DNA of 60,485 bases from Candidatus Parcubacteria bacterium. GTDB lineage: Bacteria > Patescibacteriota > Saccharimonadia > Saccharimonadales > 2-12-FULL-41-12. Position numbers and translations under genes: made by a program. The stretch covers positions 1-60,485 of the forward strand of contig JAHWKM010000005.1 in NCBI GenBank assembly GCA_019347895.1, given 5' to 3'. How positions within the stretch are numbered: the first letter of the stretch is position 1; every line of letters begins with the position of its first letter. The notes beneath the pieces are model-generated. The model was not told the origin of the DNA. It saw only the letters and a program-made list of their open reading frames with translations, and did no database searches. Below, piece after piece: positions 48,557 to 57,878 of this stretch.

Positions 48557-48691
48557 TTAATCATTCAAAAACTTTATCAAAATATTGACTCTTCTGAAGC
48601 ATATGCCCTAAATACTAAGATTCAAAAAATGCTATCATCTCTCTCAAAAAGACTTAAAGAAAAAATACCATCAACCATAAGCAATAAATAA
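48557..48691 (+). pseudogene. 3' remnant of a four-helix-bundle (23S rRNA IVP-like) gene followed by 7-mer repeats
   Basis: Startless frame LIIQKLYQNIDSSEAYALNTKIQKMLSSLSKRLK resembles the family C-terminus; ccatcaa/ccataag/caataaa/taataaa at 48668-48695. Confidence 0.45.
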
Positions 48692-48701
48692 TAAACCAAC
48701 C

Positions 48702-49754
48702 ATGTATGAAAAAGAACAATTATTAAGAACCGAATACGAAGAATTGCAGAAAAAACTGCAGGATCCTGATATTTATTCTGATAAGTCTTATCCTAAGCTG
48801 GCCAAACGGGTCAGTGAATTAGAGGAAGTTATCGGCCTGTTTGAACAGCTTCATAAAATTCAAGTAAATGAAAAATTGACTCAGGATATAGTCAATGCCG
48901 GTGGAGAATTATCAGAGCTGGCTCATGAAGAATTAGATGCTATAAAAGAACAGCGGCTGGCTGCCGAGCAAGCTTTGGAAGAAGTGTTGACGCCGAAAGA
49001 TCCCAATGACGAGCGAAATGCCGTCATAGAAATACGCGCCGCAGCCGGCGGCGATGAAGCCAGCTTGTTTGCCGGCGAACTGTATAAAATGTATGCCCGC
49101 TGGGCTGAAAATCATGGTTTTAAGACAGTACACGTAGACGACAGTCCTTCCGAGGCCGGTGGTTTTAAAGAAGTTATTTTTGAAATAAACGGAAATGAAG
49201 CCTATAAAAATCTGAAGTTTGAAGCCGGTGTTCACCGCGTACAAAGAGTTCCCGTTACGGAATCCCAAGGCCGAGTGCACACCAGTACAGTAACAGTTGC
49301 CGTAATGCCTGAAGCCGAGGAAACCGACATGGAAATCAAGCCGGAAGATCTGCGAATAGACGTTTTTCGCTCCGGCGGCCACGGCGGCCAGAGCGTGAAT
49401 ACCACGGATTCGGCCGTGAGGATAACCCATGTCCCAACCGATACCGTGGTAACCTGTCAGGATGAAAAATCACAGATAAAAAATAAAGAAAAAGCTATGG
49501 GAGTTCTGCGCTCTCGCTTGCTCCAAGCCAAAATCGAAGCCGAGCAAAAAGAATTGTCCGATGCCCGGCGCAAGCTAATTGGCTCTGGCGACCGCTCGGA
49601 AAAAATCCGCACTTATAACTTTCCCCAGGATCGCATCACAGACCACCGCATAGGCTATTCCCGTTCCAACATCCCGACCGCCCTAACCGGCGACATAGAC
49701 GATTTGATAGAAAACCTCCACCAAGCTTTTCGCACCGCAACTGAAAACAAGTGA
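48702..49754 (+). CDS. prfA: Peptide chain release factor 1
   Basis: PVT motif (RVPVTES), [15 protein letters not shown]. Confidence 0.97.
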   Translation: MYEKEQLLRTEYEELQKKLQDPDIYSDKSYPKLAKRVSELEEVIGLFEQLHKIQVNEKLTQDIVNAGGELSELAHEELDAIKEQRLAAEQALEEVLTPKDPNDERNAVIEIRAAAGGDEASLFAGELYKMYARWAENHGFKTVHVDDSPSEAGGFKEVIFEINGNEAYKNLKFEAGVHRVQRVPVTESQGRVHTSTVTVAVMPEAEETDMEIKPEDLRIDVFRSGGHGGQSVNTTDSAVRITHVPTDTVVTCQDEKSQIKNKEKAMGVLRSRLLQAKIEAEQKELSDARRKLIGSGDRSEKIRTYNFPQDRITDHRIGYSRSNIPTALTGDIDDLIENLHQAFRTATENK

Positions 49755-49769
49755 ACTTGTTTTCAGTTG
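49738..49769. terminator. Perfect 14-bp hairpin over the prfA stop codon
   Basis: caactgaaaacaag-tgaa-cttgttttcagttg. Confidence 0.55.
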
Positions 49770-49832
49770 TTCTTGGCACATTTTGTATTATTTGGGCTGT
49801 AAACAGTCGACTGTAACCTGTAAACTACATGC

Positions 49833-50699
49833 ATGACTATTGCGCAGTGGTTGTTTGATGTGATGCAGAAGCTGGGCGAGGCCGGGGTGGATTCCCCGCG
49901 GCGCGATGCCTTAGTGCTCTTGGAAGATACGCTAAATAAAGATCGGGCCTGGATAATTACTCATCCGGAATATGAAATTCCAGGTCATCAACTACACGAA
50001 ATTAACCAGCTTGTTAAGCGACGGATTGACCGCGAACCGCTGGCATATATCCGAAACAAAGCGTGGTTTTACAAAAGATTTTTTAACGTCACTCCTGATG
50101 TTATGATCCCCCGCCCCGAATCCGAATCATTCATCAATCTTATAAAACAAATCACGAATGATAATGTGAAAGGTCTGACCTTTCACATAGTGGATGTGGG
50201 GACTGGGAGCGGTTGCTTGGCTATTACGGCTAAGCTTGAACTTCCGAGCCGCGAGAAATTTCCGGGCTGCGAAGTAATCGCCATTGAAAATAGCGAAAAG
50301 GCTTTAAAAGTTGCCAAAAAAAATGCTGAAAAACACCAAGTGCATATTCAGTTCTTAAAAGGCAATCTGCTTGAACCCCTGCTAAATACTAACTACGAAC
50401 TACGAAATACTATCTTGATGGCTAACCTACCCTACGTGCCCGATGGCTTAGTAACCAGTCCGGAGATAAAGCAGGAGCCAGCCGAAGCATTGTTCTCCGG
50501 CAAGGACGGCCTGGATCATTACCGTAAATTCTTCACACAAATTGCAACAATGTCGCAAATCGATAATAGAAGTATAGGGTTGGAATATGTATTAACTGAG
50601 TCTTTAAAAACTCAGCACGCAGAAATGATTAAGCTGGCGAAGAAAACCGGTTACAAGCTAATCAAAACCGACGTGTTAATACAAATCTTTAGAAAATAA
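49833..50699 (+). CDS. prmC: Release factor glutamine methyltransferase (HemK)
   Basis: REPLAYI, IPRPESE, DVGTGSG, ANLPYV, EP..ALF.G.DGL; follows prfA. Confidence 0.92.
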   Translation: MTIAQWLFDVMQKLGEAGVDSPRRDALVLLEDTLNKDRAWIITHPEYEIPGHQLHEINQLVKRRIDREPLAYIRNKAWFYKRFFNVTPDVMIPRPESESFINLIKQITNDNVKGLTFHIVDVGTGSGCLAITAKLELPSREKFPGCEVIAIENSEKALKVAKKNAEKHQVHIQFLKGNLLEPLLNTNYELRNTILMANLPYVPDGLVTSPEIKQEPAEALFSGKDGLDHYRKFFTQIATMSQIDNRSIGLEYVLTESLKTQHAEMIKLAKKTGYKLIKTDVLIQIFRK

Positions 50700-50701
50700 A
50701 A

Positions 50702-51886
50702 TTATTCTGCAGCTTCAAGCGTAGCTTCTATAGTCATCTCAGCGCCGTCCCGAATAACCGTGAGCTTTACCTTATCGCCTACCGAAAGACGCCCGAGCAC
50801 AGAGGCTAAGCTATTACGATCGTTGATTTTGTTATCGTTGACTTTGACTATTATGTCTTTTTCTTTTAAGCCGGCTTTGGCGGCCGGGCTATCCTTAATA
50901 ATTGGCGACCCGTTTTGGAGAGGCGCGAGATAGGATCCCCGCTTGGTATCTAGGTTAAGTTGGTAGGCAATATCATCGGTCAGGTTGATGTAGCGGACGC
51001 CAAGATAAGGCCGGCGCAACTCCCCCGTATCAAGCACGCTTTTGATCAATCCGCTGATATCGCTTATAGGGATGGCGAAGCCGATATTTTCGGCCGACCC
51101 TGCGGCTACCGCCGTATTTATGCCGATAACTTCTCCGCTCATATTGACCAGCGGGCCCCCGGAATTACCTTGGTTGATGGCTGTGTCGGTCTGAAAAAGA
51201 TTTTGCAGCGTTTCGCTGCCTGAAGCGGCTGAACCGGCACTGGCTTCGATGTTCCGGCCGTAACCGGAAATTATGCCGGCCGTAACTGTGTTTTGAAATT
51301 GGCCCAGGGCATTGCCGATAGCTATTACTTTGTCCCCTACATTTACTTTTGATGAATCTCCTAATTTAACAGGCTTCAGATCTTTACCTTTTTTATCATT
51401 AACTTTTAAAAAGGCAATGTCCAGCGGGTCATTCGCTCCCGTTCGGCCAACTACGCTTATATCATCCAGCTCCGTGCCGTCAGACAATGTTACCGATATA
51501 TTGTCAGTATTCTCCAGTATAACGTGGCGATTGGTGACAATTATCCCGTCAGCACTTACGATAAAGCCGGTTCCGGCGCTTTTTTGGGAAAATTCCCTGG
51601 CTCCGAAAAATGTATCGGTCACACCCGTACTGATGACATTGACTGATACTACGCTCTGCCCTACTTCTTCGGCTAACTGGGCGATCAAACCGCTTTCATT
51701 ATTGACAATTTGCTGCTGGGCTTCACGACCTTGATTGACGGCGGTTTTATCATTACTGTAGTAGCCGCCCACGAATCCTGCGCCTACGCTGGCGATAAGC
51801 ATTAATATTACCAGTCCGATTTTTTCGCTCATTGAAAACGGCTTCTTCTTAGCTGATTCAAAAGACTTGGATTGATTATTTTCCAT
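50702..51886 (-). CDS. htrA: HtrA/DegP serine protease with PDZ
   Basis: TNRHV, DIA, QTDTAINQGNSGGPL. Confidence 0.93.
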   Translation of the reverse strand: MENNQSKSFESAKKKPFSMSEKIGLVILMLIASVGAGFVGGYYSNDKTAVNQGREAQQQIVNNESGLIAQLAEEVGQSVVSVNVISTGVTDTFFGAREFSQKSAGTGFIVSADGIIVTNRHVILENTDNISVTLSDGTELDDISVVGRTGANDPLDIAFLKVNDKKGKDLKPVKLGDSSKVNVGDKVIAIGNALGQFQNTVTAGIISGYGRNIEASAGSAASGSETLQNLFQTDTAINQGNSGGPLVNMSGEVIGINTAVAAGSAENIGFAIPISDISGLIKSVLDTGELRRPYLGVRYINLTDDIAYQLNLDTKRGSYLAPLQNGSPIIKDSPAAKAGLKEKDIIVKVNDNKINDRNSLASVLGRLSVGDKVKLTVIRDGAEMTIEATLEAAE

Positions 51887-51925
51887 AAGCCTTATTATAA
51901 CGTCCTTCCCGGATTCATTAAAAAA

Positions 51926-52678
51926 TTAAATTGTTTTGTCGCCCCATTGGCCGAAAACAAGCAGCACAAATACAATCGCAAACATGGTGAAAATAATCTG
52001 CTGGCGAATAGTGGAGGACAGCCGGTCGCTGCTTTCTAAATAATAAAGCCCTGCCAGTCCGAAAGATAACGAGCCAAGCAAAAGCGCCGGATGGGCAATG
52101 GGGCCAAAAAACAGTAGCCAGTGGCCTAAAACCCACATTATCGCGCCCGCGAAAAAAGCCCATATAGAAGATAGTAGCCTGCCATGTTTTTCGTCAAAAG
52201 CATTTAAGAAATGCCGGGCTGAAAAATATCCAACCACCCAATAGGCCGCCACATAAACCGCCAGGACACCGTCATCGATAGCGTAAAAAATGCTCGAAAA
52301 ACCTAAGACCGCCGCGATCAAGGCTTGAAGTGATATTAGGCCAACTTTTACACCAGGCTTGATATAAAGCAACCAAATTTCAAACAAAACAACCCATAAT
52401 ATTTGCAGCCACATAGCGCTAGTGGAGCTCATAAACATTAAAAAGCTAACACCGACTATAATATCAACCGCATTTGTTCTAAGATGTGCCAGCCAATATC
52501 TGGGATGCAAGGCAAACATCCGCCATTTACTCATAAGCAAAACCGCTAGCGCCACATATACTAGATCAAGGCGAACCAAAACCAGCAAAACCGGCGGCAG
52601 CAGGGCCAGGAAACTAAGATGAAACGCATGAGCAAAACCCCGGCCGGGACGTATTTTTTCGACAATATATTTAACCAC
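51926..52678 (-). CDS. Hypothetical integral membrane protein
   Basis: 250-aa polytopic ORF in operon context. Confidence 0.6.
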   Translation of the reverse strand: MVKYIVEKIRPGRGFAHAFHLSFLALLPPVLLVLVRLDLVYVALAVLLMSKWRMFALHPRYWLAHLRTNAVDIIVGVSFLMFMSSTSAMWLQILWVVLFEIWLLYIKPGVKVGLISLQALIAAVLGFSSIFYAIDDGVLAVYVAAYWVVGYFSARHFLNAFDEKHGRLLSSIWAFFAGAIMWVLGHWLLFFGPIAHPALLLGSLSFGLAGLYYLESSDRLSSTIRQQIIFTMFAIVFVLLVFGQWGDKTI

Positions 52679-52727
52679 TTATTTTATCTCCAAACTCTTT
52701 TTAGCCTGTCCGCGTTTTATTTGACGG

Positions 52728-54371
52728 CTAGATGTCACTGCCGAGTATTATAACAAAGTCAGCAAAACTCGGTTGAATGGTTTTATCGGGCAAAGATCCG
52801 GTAGCAAAAACTTTAAAACGGCGCTGCAAATAGTGCTTGGTGTATTTTTTATCGCCATCTCGCATATCAATTAAAATTGTCTTGGGGTAATTAAGAGTAG
52901 GCGCGTTATCCGAACCGATAACCTTGTAGCCGTAAGACTTCAGCTCCTCGACTTTTTCCTTGCCCAGGCCGGATTTGGACGTTCCATTTAAAACAAGCAC
53001 GCTGGCGTTTTCATCTTTTATAAAGCTGTCTTTGAGGGTGTTCCTTATATAGGAATGAATCTCCGCGTAATTCCCTGCTCCTGTCCTTGGAATAACCACG
53101 GACTGGCCGTCAATGGTAGATGTTGCCACGAAATCATTTGGCGGATCGGCTAAACCGATAGAGACTATTTTAGAGCTATCAATGTCTTTGAATATTTCAT
53201 GCAACCTGGCCAAATCCTCCAGGTTAAAATTAGATTTAATGTGATTGCCGAAATTATCCAGCAGTTGGGAAATTTTGGCCGGATTGGAATAAGTTTCGGC
53301 GCTCATAATCTTATTTTTAGTAGCCGTGATTATTGCCCTTTGTCTTTCAGACCGATCGAAATCCCCGCGCTTACTTGAGAAGCGCGACCTGGAATAAGCC
53401 AACGCTTCGAAGCCGTCCATATGCTGGTAACCCTTTTTGACACTAAGGGTGTAGGGCCTTCCGTTAATACGCATCTGCTCATGGATCGGCTGGGTCGCTT
53501 CAAAATCAATTCCGCCAATGGTGTCTATGGCTTTTTCAAAGCCGGAAAAATCTATCGCGCTGCGGTAATGCACGGGTATTCCTAAAACTTCTTCGACAGT
53601 ATTTTGAACTAAGTTAAATCCCTCATTTTCAGCTCGGTCTTTTACTTGGTCGGTAATTTTGCCGGCATTGTTAAGAACGGATGATTTGCCGGTATAAAAA
53701 ACGCTGTTGATTTTCATGGAGCCATTACCTGGAACTTCGACCAATAAGTCGCGCGGTATACTGACCAAACCGGCTTCTTTGGCAATAGGGTCAATGCTAA
53801 CTAATATAATTGTATCTGTTAAATCCGGTCCCGTGTGCCCTTCGCCGCCGCGTCCCAGGAGTAATATATTAACCCGTCCGTCTCCCTCGACTCTTAATTT
53901 GGATGGGTCGACTCCGCCATGCAGAGCGGCGGCGTTACCTCCGCCGCCTAAAATTTTGCGTAAATTTATATAGCCCTTAGCCGCCAAAAATCCAAATATA
54001 GCCAGCAAGATAAGTACTATAACGCCGGCAATTTTTAAGCGTTTTTTCCGCTTAGCTTTTTTGGCGTCATAAGGATCGATACCATCGACTCCGTTTTCTT
54101 TCTTCCGGCGCCAAGGCAAAAGCTTTGATCGTTTGCTATATGCCGGGCGCTGAACCACCGAGGGCACATCTATGGCTTGATTGGTTCTCGGCTGGCTGAA
54201 TCCTTCGCCGCTAGCTTTAAAATCACTGATATTTTGCGGTCTGGCAGCTGGCTGATTAGAATTATGTTCGCCTGTATTAAATCCGATGCCGCTTGAGTTG
54301 GAGGCGGATCCGGATTTAATGCCGTCGATAGAAACTCTGGGTTTTCTATATCTGTTTTTTTTATCGTTCAT
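52728..54371 (-). CDS. LCP (LytR-CpsA-Psr) glycopolymer transferase with LytR_C domain
   Basis: NILLLG, TDTIIL, SIPRDL, KIN, SRSR, DFDRSERQR, VLNGT; start MNDKK assumed. Confidence 0.9.
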   Translation of the reverse strand: MNDKKNRYRKPRVSIDGIKSGSASNSSGIGFNTGEHNSNQPAARPQNISDFKASGEGFSQPRTNQAIDVPSVVQRPAYSKRSKLLPWRRKKENGVDGIDPYDAKKAKRKKRLKIAGVIVLILLAIFGFLAAKGYINLRKILGGGGNAAALHGGVDPSKLRVEGDGRVNILLLGRGGEGHTGPDLTDTIILVSIDPIAKEAGLVSIPRDLLVEVPGNGSMKINSVFYTGKSSVLNNAGKITDQVKDRAENEGFNLVQNTVEEVLGIPVHYRSAIDFSGFEKAIDTIGGIDFEATQPIHEQMRINGRPYTLSVKKGYQHMDGFEALAYSRSRFSSKRGDFDRSERQRAIITATKNKIMSAETYSNPAKISQLLDNFGNHIKSNFNLEDLARLHEIFKDIDSSKIVSIGLADPPNDFVATSTIDGQSVVIPRTGAGNYAEIHSYIRNTLKDSFIKDENASVLVLNGTSKSGLGKEKVEELKSYGYKVIGSDNAPTLNYPKTILIDMRDGDKKYTKHYLQRRFKVFATGSLPDKTIQPSFADFVIILGSDI

Positions 54372-54459
54372 ATACTTTGTCAAAGAACCAGTATAACTTT
54401 TTCTAGCCTTTCTTGCCATACTGCAATGAGACAAAAAATGTGATAATCTCTAGAGATAC

Positions 54460-55113
54460 ATGAATAATATACCGATTTATGGGGACCCGAATCCCCAGCC
54501 GTTTTCGCAGCCCGAACCAACGCCCCAGAAGCCAAAAAAGAAACTCAGTAGAGAGGTAATTTCGACTCTTTTGATTATCGCGGCGGCTCCGTTGATTGCC
54601 TTTATCTTGACGATATTTGTTTTTCAATCTTACGAAGTGGAGGGTGATAGTATGGAGCCTACCCTGCAAAACAAAGACCGACTAATAGTTAATAAGATAA
54701 ATAAGACTTGGTCTAATGTTAGCGGCCATAACTATTTGCCCGAGCGATTTGAAATTATCATATTTAATTACACCGGCTCCAATACAAACGGCGAAGGCGA
54801 CAAACAACTTATTAAGCGAGTGGTCGGTTTGCCCGGCGATAGAATAGTCATCAAAGATGGGGCGGTTACAATTTACAATGACGGGAATCCGGACGGGTTT
54901 AACCCGAAAGACAAGGATGAACAGCTGGACACAGCAGCTAGCACGACTGACGGTAATATCGATGAAACCATCGGCAAAGGCGAAGTTTTCGTAATGGGAG
55001 ATAACCGGCAAAATTCTCTTGACTCGCGGGTTTTTGGCCCGGTTAGCACTTCGGAAATTATTGGCAATCTGGCGCTGCGTATTTATCCTTTAGATGAAGT
55101 TCAAAGGTATTAG
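54460..55113 (+). CDS. lepB: Signal peptidase I
   Basis: GDSMEPTL, IKRVVGLPGD, MGDNRQNSLDSR. Confidence 0.95.
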   Translation: MNNIPIYGDPNPQPFSQPEPTPQKPKKKLSREVISTLLIIAAAPLIAFILTIFVFQSYEVEGDSMEPTLQNKDRLIVNKINKTWSNVSGHNYLPERFEIIIFNYTGSNTNGEGDKQLIKRVVGLPGDRIVIKDGAVTIYNDGNPDGFNPKDKDEQLDTAASTTDGNIDETIGKGEVFVMGDNRQNSLDSRVFGPVSTSEIIGNLALRIYPLDEVQRY

Positions 55114-55120
55114 AGCTAAA

Positions 55121-55990
55121 TTAGCTCTCAGCCAGCAATTTAAATATTCTCTCCAGATCTTTATCGTTTTTATAGGTTATTTTTAAATCTCCCCCTTCAG
55201 ATTTGGGCTTGATTACGACCTTTGCCTCAAGTTTTTTGGAAATCGCCTCGGTCCGGGCGCGGTAATGTTCCAGGTTATTGCTGCCAAGCTTTTTAGCTGG
55301 AGAGGTTTTTTTATGCTCATTGGCATATTGCTCGGCCCGCCTGACTGACCAGCCGTATTTTATTATGGAGTCTAAAAGTTTTTTCTGCTGACCAGGACTA
55401 GCGCTTAAGGATAAAATCGTGCGAGCATGGCCTTCGCTTATTTTGTCATTTTGCAGAGCCTCTCTCGCATCCGGCGGTAATTTTAAAAGCCGGACCATAT
55501 TTACTACTGTAGTCTGGGCTTTGCCTAATTTCTTACCGATTTCCTCATAGCTTAAATTAAACTGCTGGTTAAGCTTGGCGATTGAAATAGCTTGCTCTAG
55601 AGGCGAAAGGTCAACTCGCTGCACGTTTTCCACCAATCCTATCTCCAGCCTTTCTTGCTCTGCGCTGGAGCGGACTAAAACCGGCAGGCTATTTAAGCCG
55701 GCAATTTTGGCCGCCCTAAATCTTCGCTCGCCGGCAATAATCACATATTGACCGTCTTCCGGCCTGACGACCAGCGGCTGCAATATACCGTGGTTTTTAA
55801 TGGATATAGCCAGCTCTTTTAAGCTTGTTTGATCAAAATGCTTCCTGGGCTGGTTCTTATCGGGGCTAACTTCGCTCAGTAATACTTTCTGGATCCGATC
55901 TTTTTTGTCTAGAAGCATAGAGCGGTCAAAATCATCCGGAAGCAAACTGCCGAAGCCTTTGCCTAATCCTTTGCTTGTTTTTTTATTCAT
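55121..55990 (-). CDS. parB: Chromosome partitioning protein ParB/Spo0J
   Basis: KGLGKG, QPRKHF, GILQP, IAGERRFRA, ENVQR. Confidence 0.95.
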   Translation of the reverse strand: MNKKTSKGLGKGFGSLLPDDFDRSMLLDKKDRIQKVLLSEVSPDKNQPRKHFDQTSLKELAISIKNHGILQPLVVRPEDGQYVIIAGERRFRAAKIAGLNSLPVLVRSSAEQERLEIGLVENVQRVDLSPLEQAISIAKLNQQFNLSYEEIGKKLGKAQTTVVNMVRLLKLPPDAREALQNDKISEGHARTILSLSASPGQQKKLLDSIIKYGWSVRRAEQYANEHKKTSPAKKLGSNNLEHYRARTEAISKKLEAKVVIKPKSEGGDLKITYKNDKDLERIFKLLAES

Positions 55991-56759
55991 AACCTTCGCT
56001 TCGTTTAACTACTTCTTGAGCCGCTTTTTTATAGGCCCTTGCGCCTTTGCTCCATTTGTCATACTCAGATATAGGTTTGCCGTAACTTGGCGCTTCGGCT
56101 AAACGTACATTCCTTGGGATGACCGCTTGAAAAAGCTTCTCCCCAAAATCACTGCTCAACTCATTATATACTTCACCGCTTAGACTGTTTCTTTTATCAA
56201 ACATTGTAAGCAGTACGCCCATCAGTTCAAGGTCCGGATTCAGCCGGCTCCTTATTTGCTGCATAACCTGCAAAAGCTGGCTAAGCCCTTCCAGCGCGTA
56301 AAACTCCGCTTGTACAGGCACCAGAACACTATCCGATGCTACTAAGGCGTTAACAGTTAGCAATCCTAGCGATGGCGGGCAGTCTATAAGCATAAAGTCA
56401 TATTGGAGTCCGGACAGAATATTTTTTAACGCAAATTCTCTCTCTTGCGCCCCTGCTAATTCAACTTCGCTGCTAGCAAGCCGCGCATTACCCGGCATAA
56501 TAAACAAATTATACAAATCAGTTTTGTAAATTACTTCTTCCGCCTTTTTATGCCCATCAATTGCATCCGCTAGCGTTGCCATTAAAGACTTATCTTCAAC
56601 CCCTAAGCCGCTGGTAGCGTTACCTTGCGGATCAAAATCAACTACAAGTATTTTTTTACCCTTTTTAGCTAAATACGCGCCAATACTTATCGCAGTAGTT
56701 GTTTTACCCACCCCACCCTTTTGATTTAATATTGCGATAATTTTTGATTTCAATTTCAA
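55983..56759 (-). CDS. parA: Chromosome partitioning ATPase ParA/Soj
   Basis: NQKGGVGKTT, DPQGNAT, DCPPSLG, IPRNVRLAEAPS. Confidence 0.96.
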   Translation of the reverse strand: MKLKSKIIAILNQKGGVGKTTTAISIGAYLAKKGKKILVVDFDPQGNATSGLGVEDKSLMATLADAIDGHKKAEEVIYKTDLYNLFIMPGNARLASSEVELAGAQEREFALKNILSGLQYDFMLIDCPPSLGLLTVNALVASDSVLVPVQAEFYALEGLSQLLQVMQQIRSRLNPDLELMGVLLTMFDKRNSLSGEVYNELSSDFGEKLFQAVIPRNVRLAEAPSYGKPISEYDKWSKGARAYKKAAQEVVKRSEGYE

Positions 56760-57099
56760 GCATCCTAAAAACTTTGTTCCTTCTTAGACTATCATAAATA
56801 CTATAAATTTCATTTTGTATTATGATACTAGCCATATAATACTAGCTTTATTAAATATTCCTCCACTGGTCTGGCAGCGGCACCCTTTTACTAATCTCTT
56901 TTACTTTTACGCGATTTTAGGATCGGGTTAAGAGATTTTAATTATTTGCTAGGACATGTGCGGTAAATGGCGCGCAAGGTACCACTTTATGGCTAAGCGG
57001 TGATGTATTCTACATTAAAAATTAGTTTTGGAGCTTCAACCAAAGTTATAAGTTATAAAAATAGAAACATCAAACATAGAGAAACGATAGAAATGATAG

Positions 57100-57120
57100 A
57101 GGTCGGACCTATAACAGATA
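57100..57120 (+). repeat. REP-like flank (left) of the RAYT gene
   Basis: aggtcggacctataacagata; 19/21 identical to the reverse complement of 57687-57707. Confidence 0.75.
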
Positions 57121-57165
57121 ATAGGTATACAATTTTTACATTTTTATCTGTTAACTGTCAGCAAG

Positions 57166-57646
57166 TTAATGCTTAATCTCTTCTAGTTTTCTCTTATACT
57201 CTTCATAATCATAGACAAATTCTATGTATTTTTCTCTATCTTCGTGCATATCGAGTACCTTACTGGTCTTTAACCATTCTGGTTCATTGCCCCGTCGATA
57301 GTAGTCAATGCTCGAGTATGGATATCGTTTCCAGCTTCTTGGATTTAAATGTATATACCGACTAATATGGGTCAGGTAGGTATCGCTGCTAATGCGTGAT
57401 GCTTTATAGCGACCATCGAACAAAGCGCCGGAACGTTTGTATTTTAAGTTGAAATAACGACTGTAACTAATCATTAGGCTTTTCATAAATAAGCTAAGCG
57501 TACTCTTGTCCTTCTGATAAACCAATAAATGGAAATGATTTCTCATTAAACAATAGGTGAGCAATTCTATCCCTGCTCAATCCGCGAGCATAAACATGAT
57601 AATAAGACTCAGGAGCATCAAAACGAATAATATTTGGTGAAGGCAT
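57166..57646 (-). pseudogene. REP-associated tyrosine transposase (RAYT / Y1 HUH), frameshifted by an internal deletion
   Basis: N-terminus MPSPNIIRFDAPESYYHVYARG (ATG 57646) is out of frame with GIELLTYCLMRNHFHLL..YFN..G.LF.GRYK..RYIHLNP..YPYSS. Confidence 0.8.
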
Positions 57647-57686
57647 AATAAAATTACAATAGTAAATATCTAAATTGCAATTTCAC

Positions 57687-57707
57687 TATCTGTTTGAGGT
57701 CCGACCT
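57687..57707 (-). repeat. REP-like flank (right) of the RAYT gene
   Basis: tatctgtttgaggtccgacct, inverted copy of 57100-57120. Confidence 0.75.
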
Positions 57708-57878
57708 TTTGCCTCTCGGGTATTAGCAACGGCCGTCATAATATGCCGTTATCGACGTAGCCTGCCTGCGTTAAGATACCGGCCAGCCTCAAAACCCGGG
57801 TTCTCTTACGCCTTACCCAGACTCCTGGTGCCGTTATTGATGACATAACGGCGGTGTTGGATGTTAATTCTCCTTTCG

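Noticed and set aside
56760-57100. oriC, parS or an ncRNA in the AT-rich region upstream of parA
   Set aside because: I saw no clustered TTATCCACA DnaA boxes or parS palindrome, only a short aatctctt/aagagatt IR, which is insufficient for a call.
57710-57875. Small gene after the fibre gene (SD-like aaaggag, hairpin gccgttat..ataacggc)
   Set aside because: No proper start codon follows the SD and frames close quickly; at most a terminator or decayed remnant.
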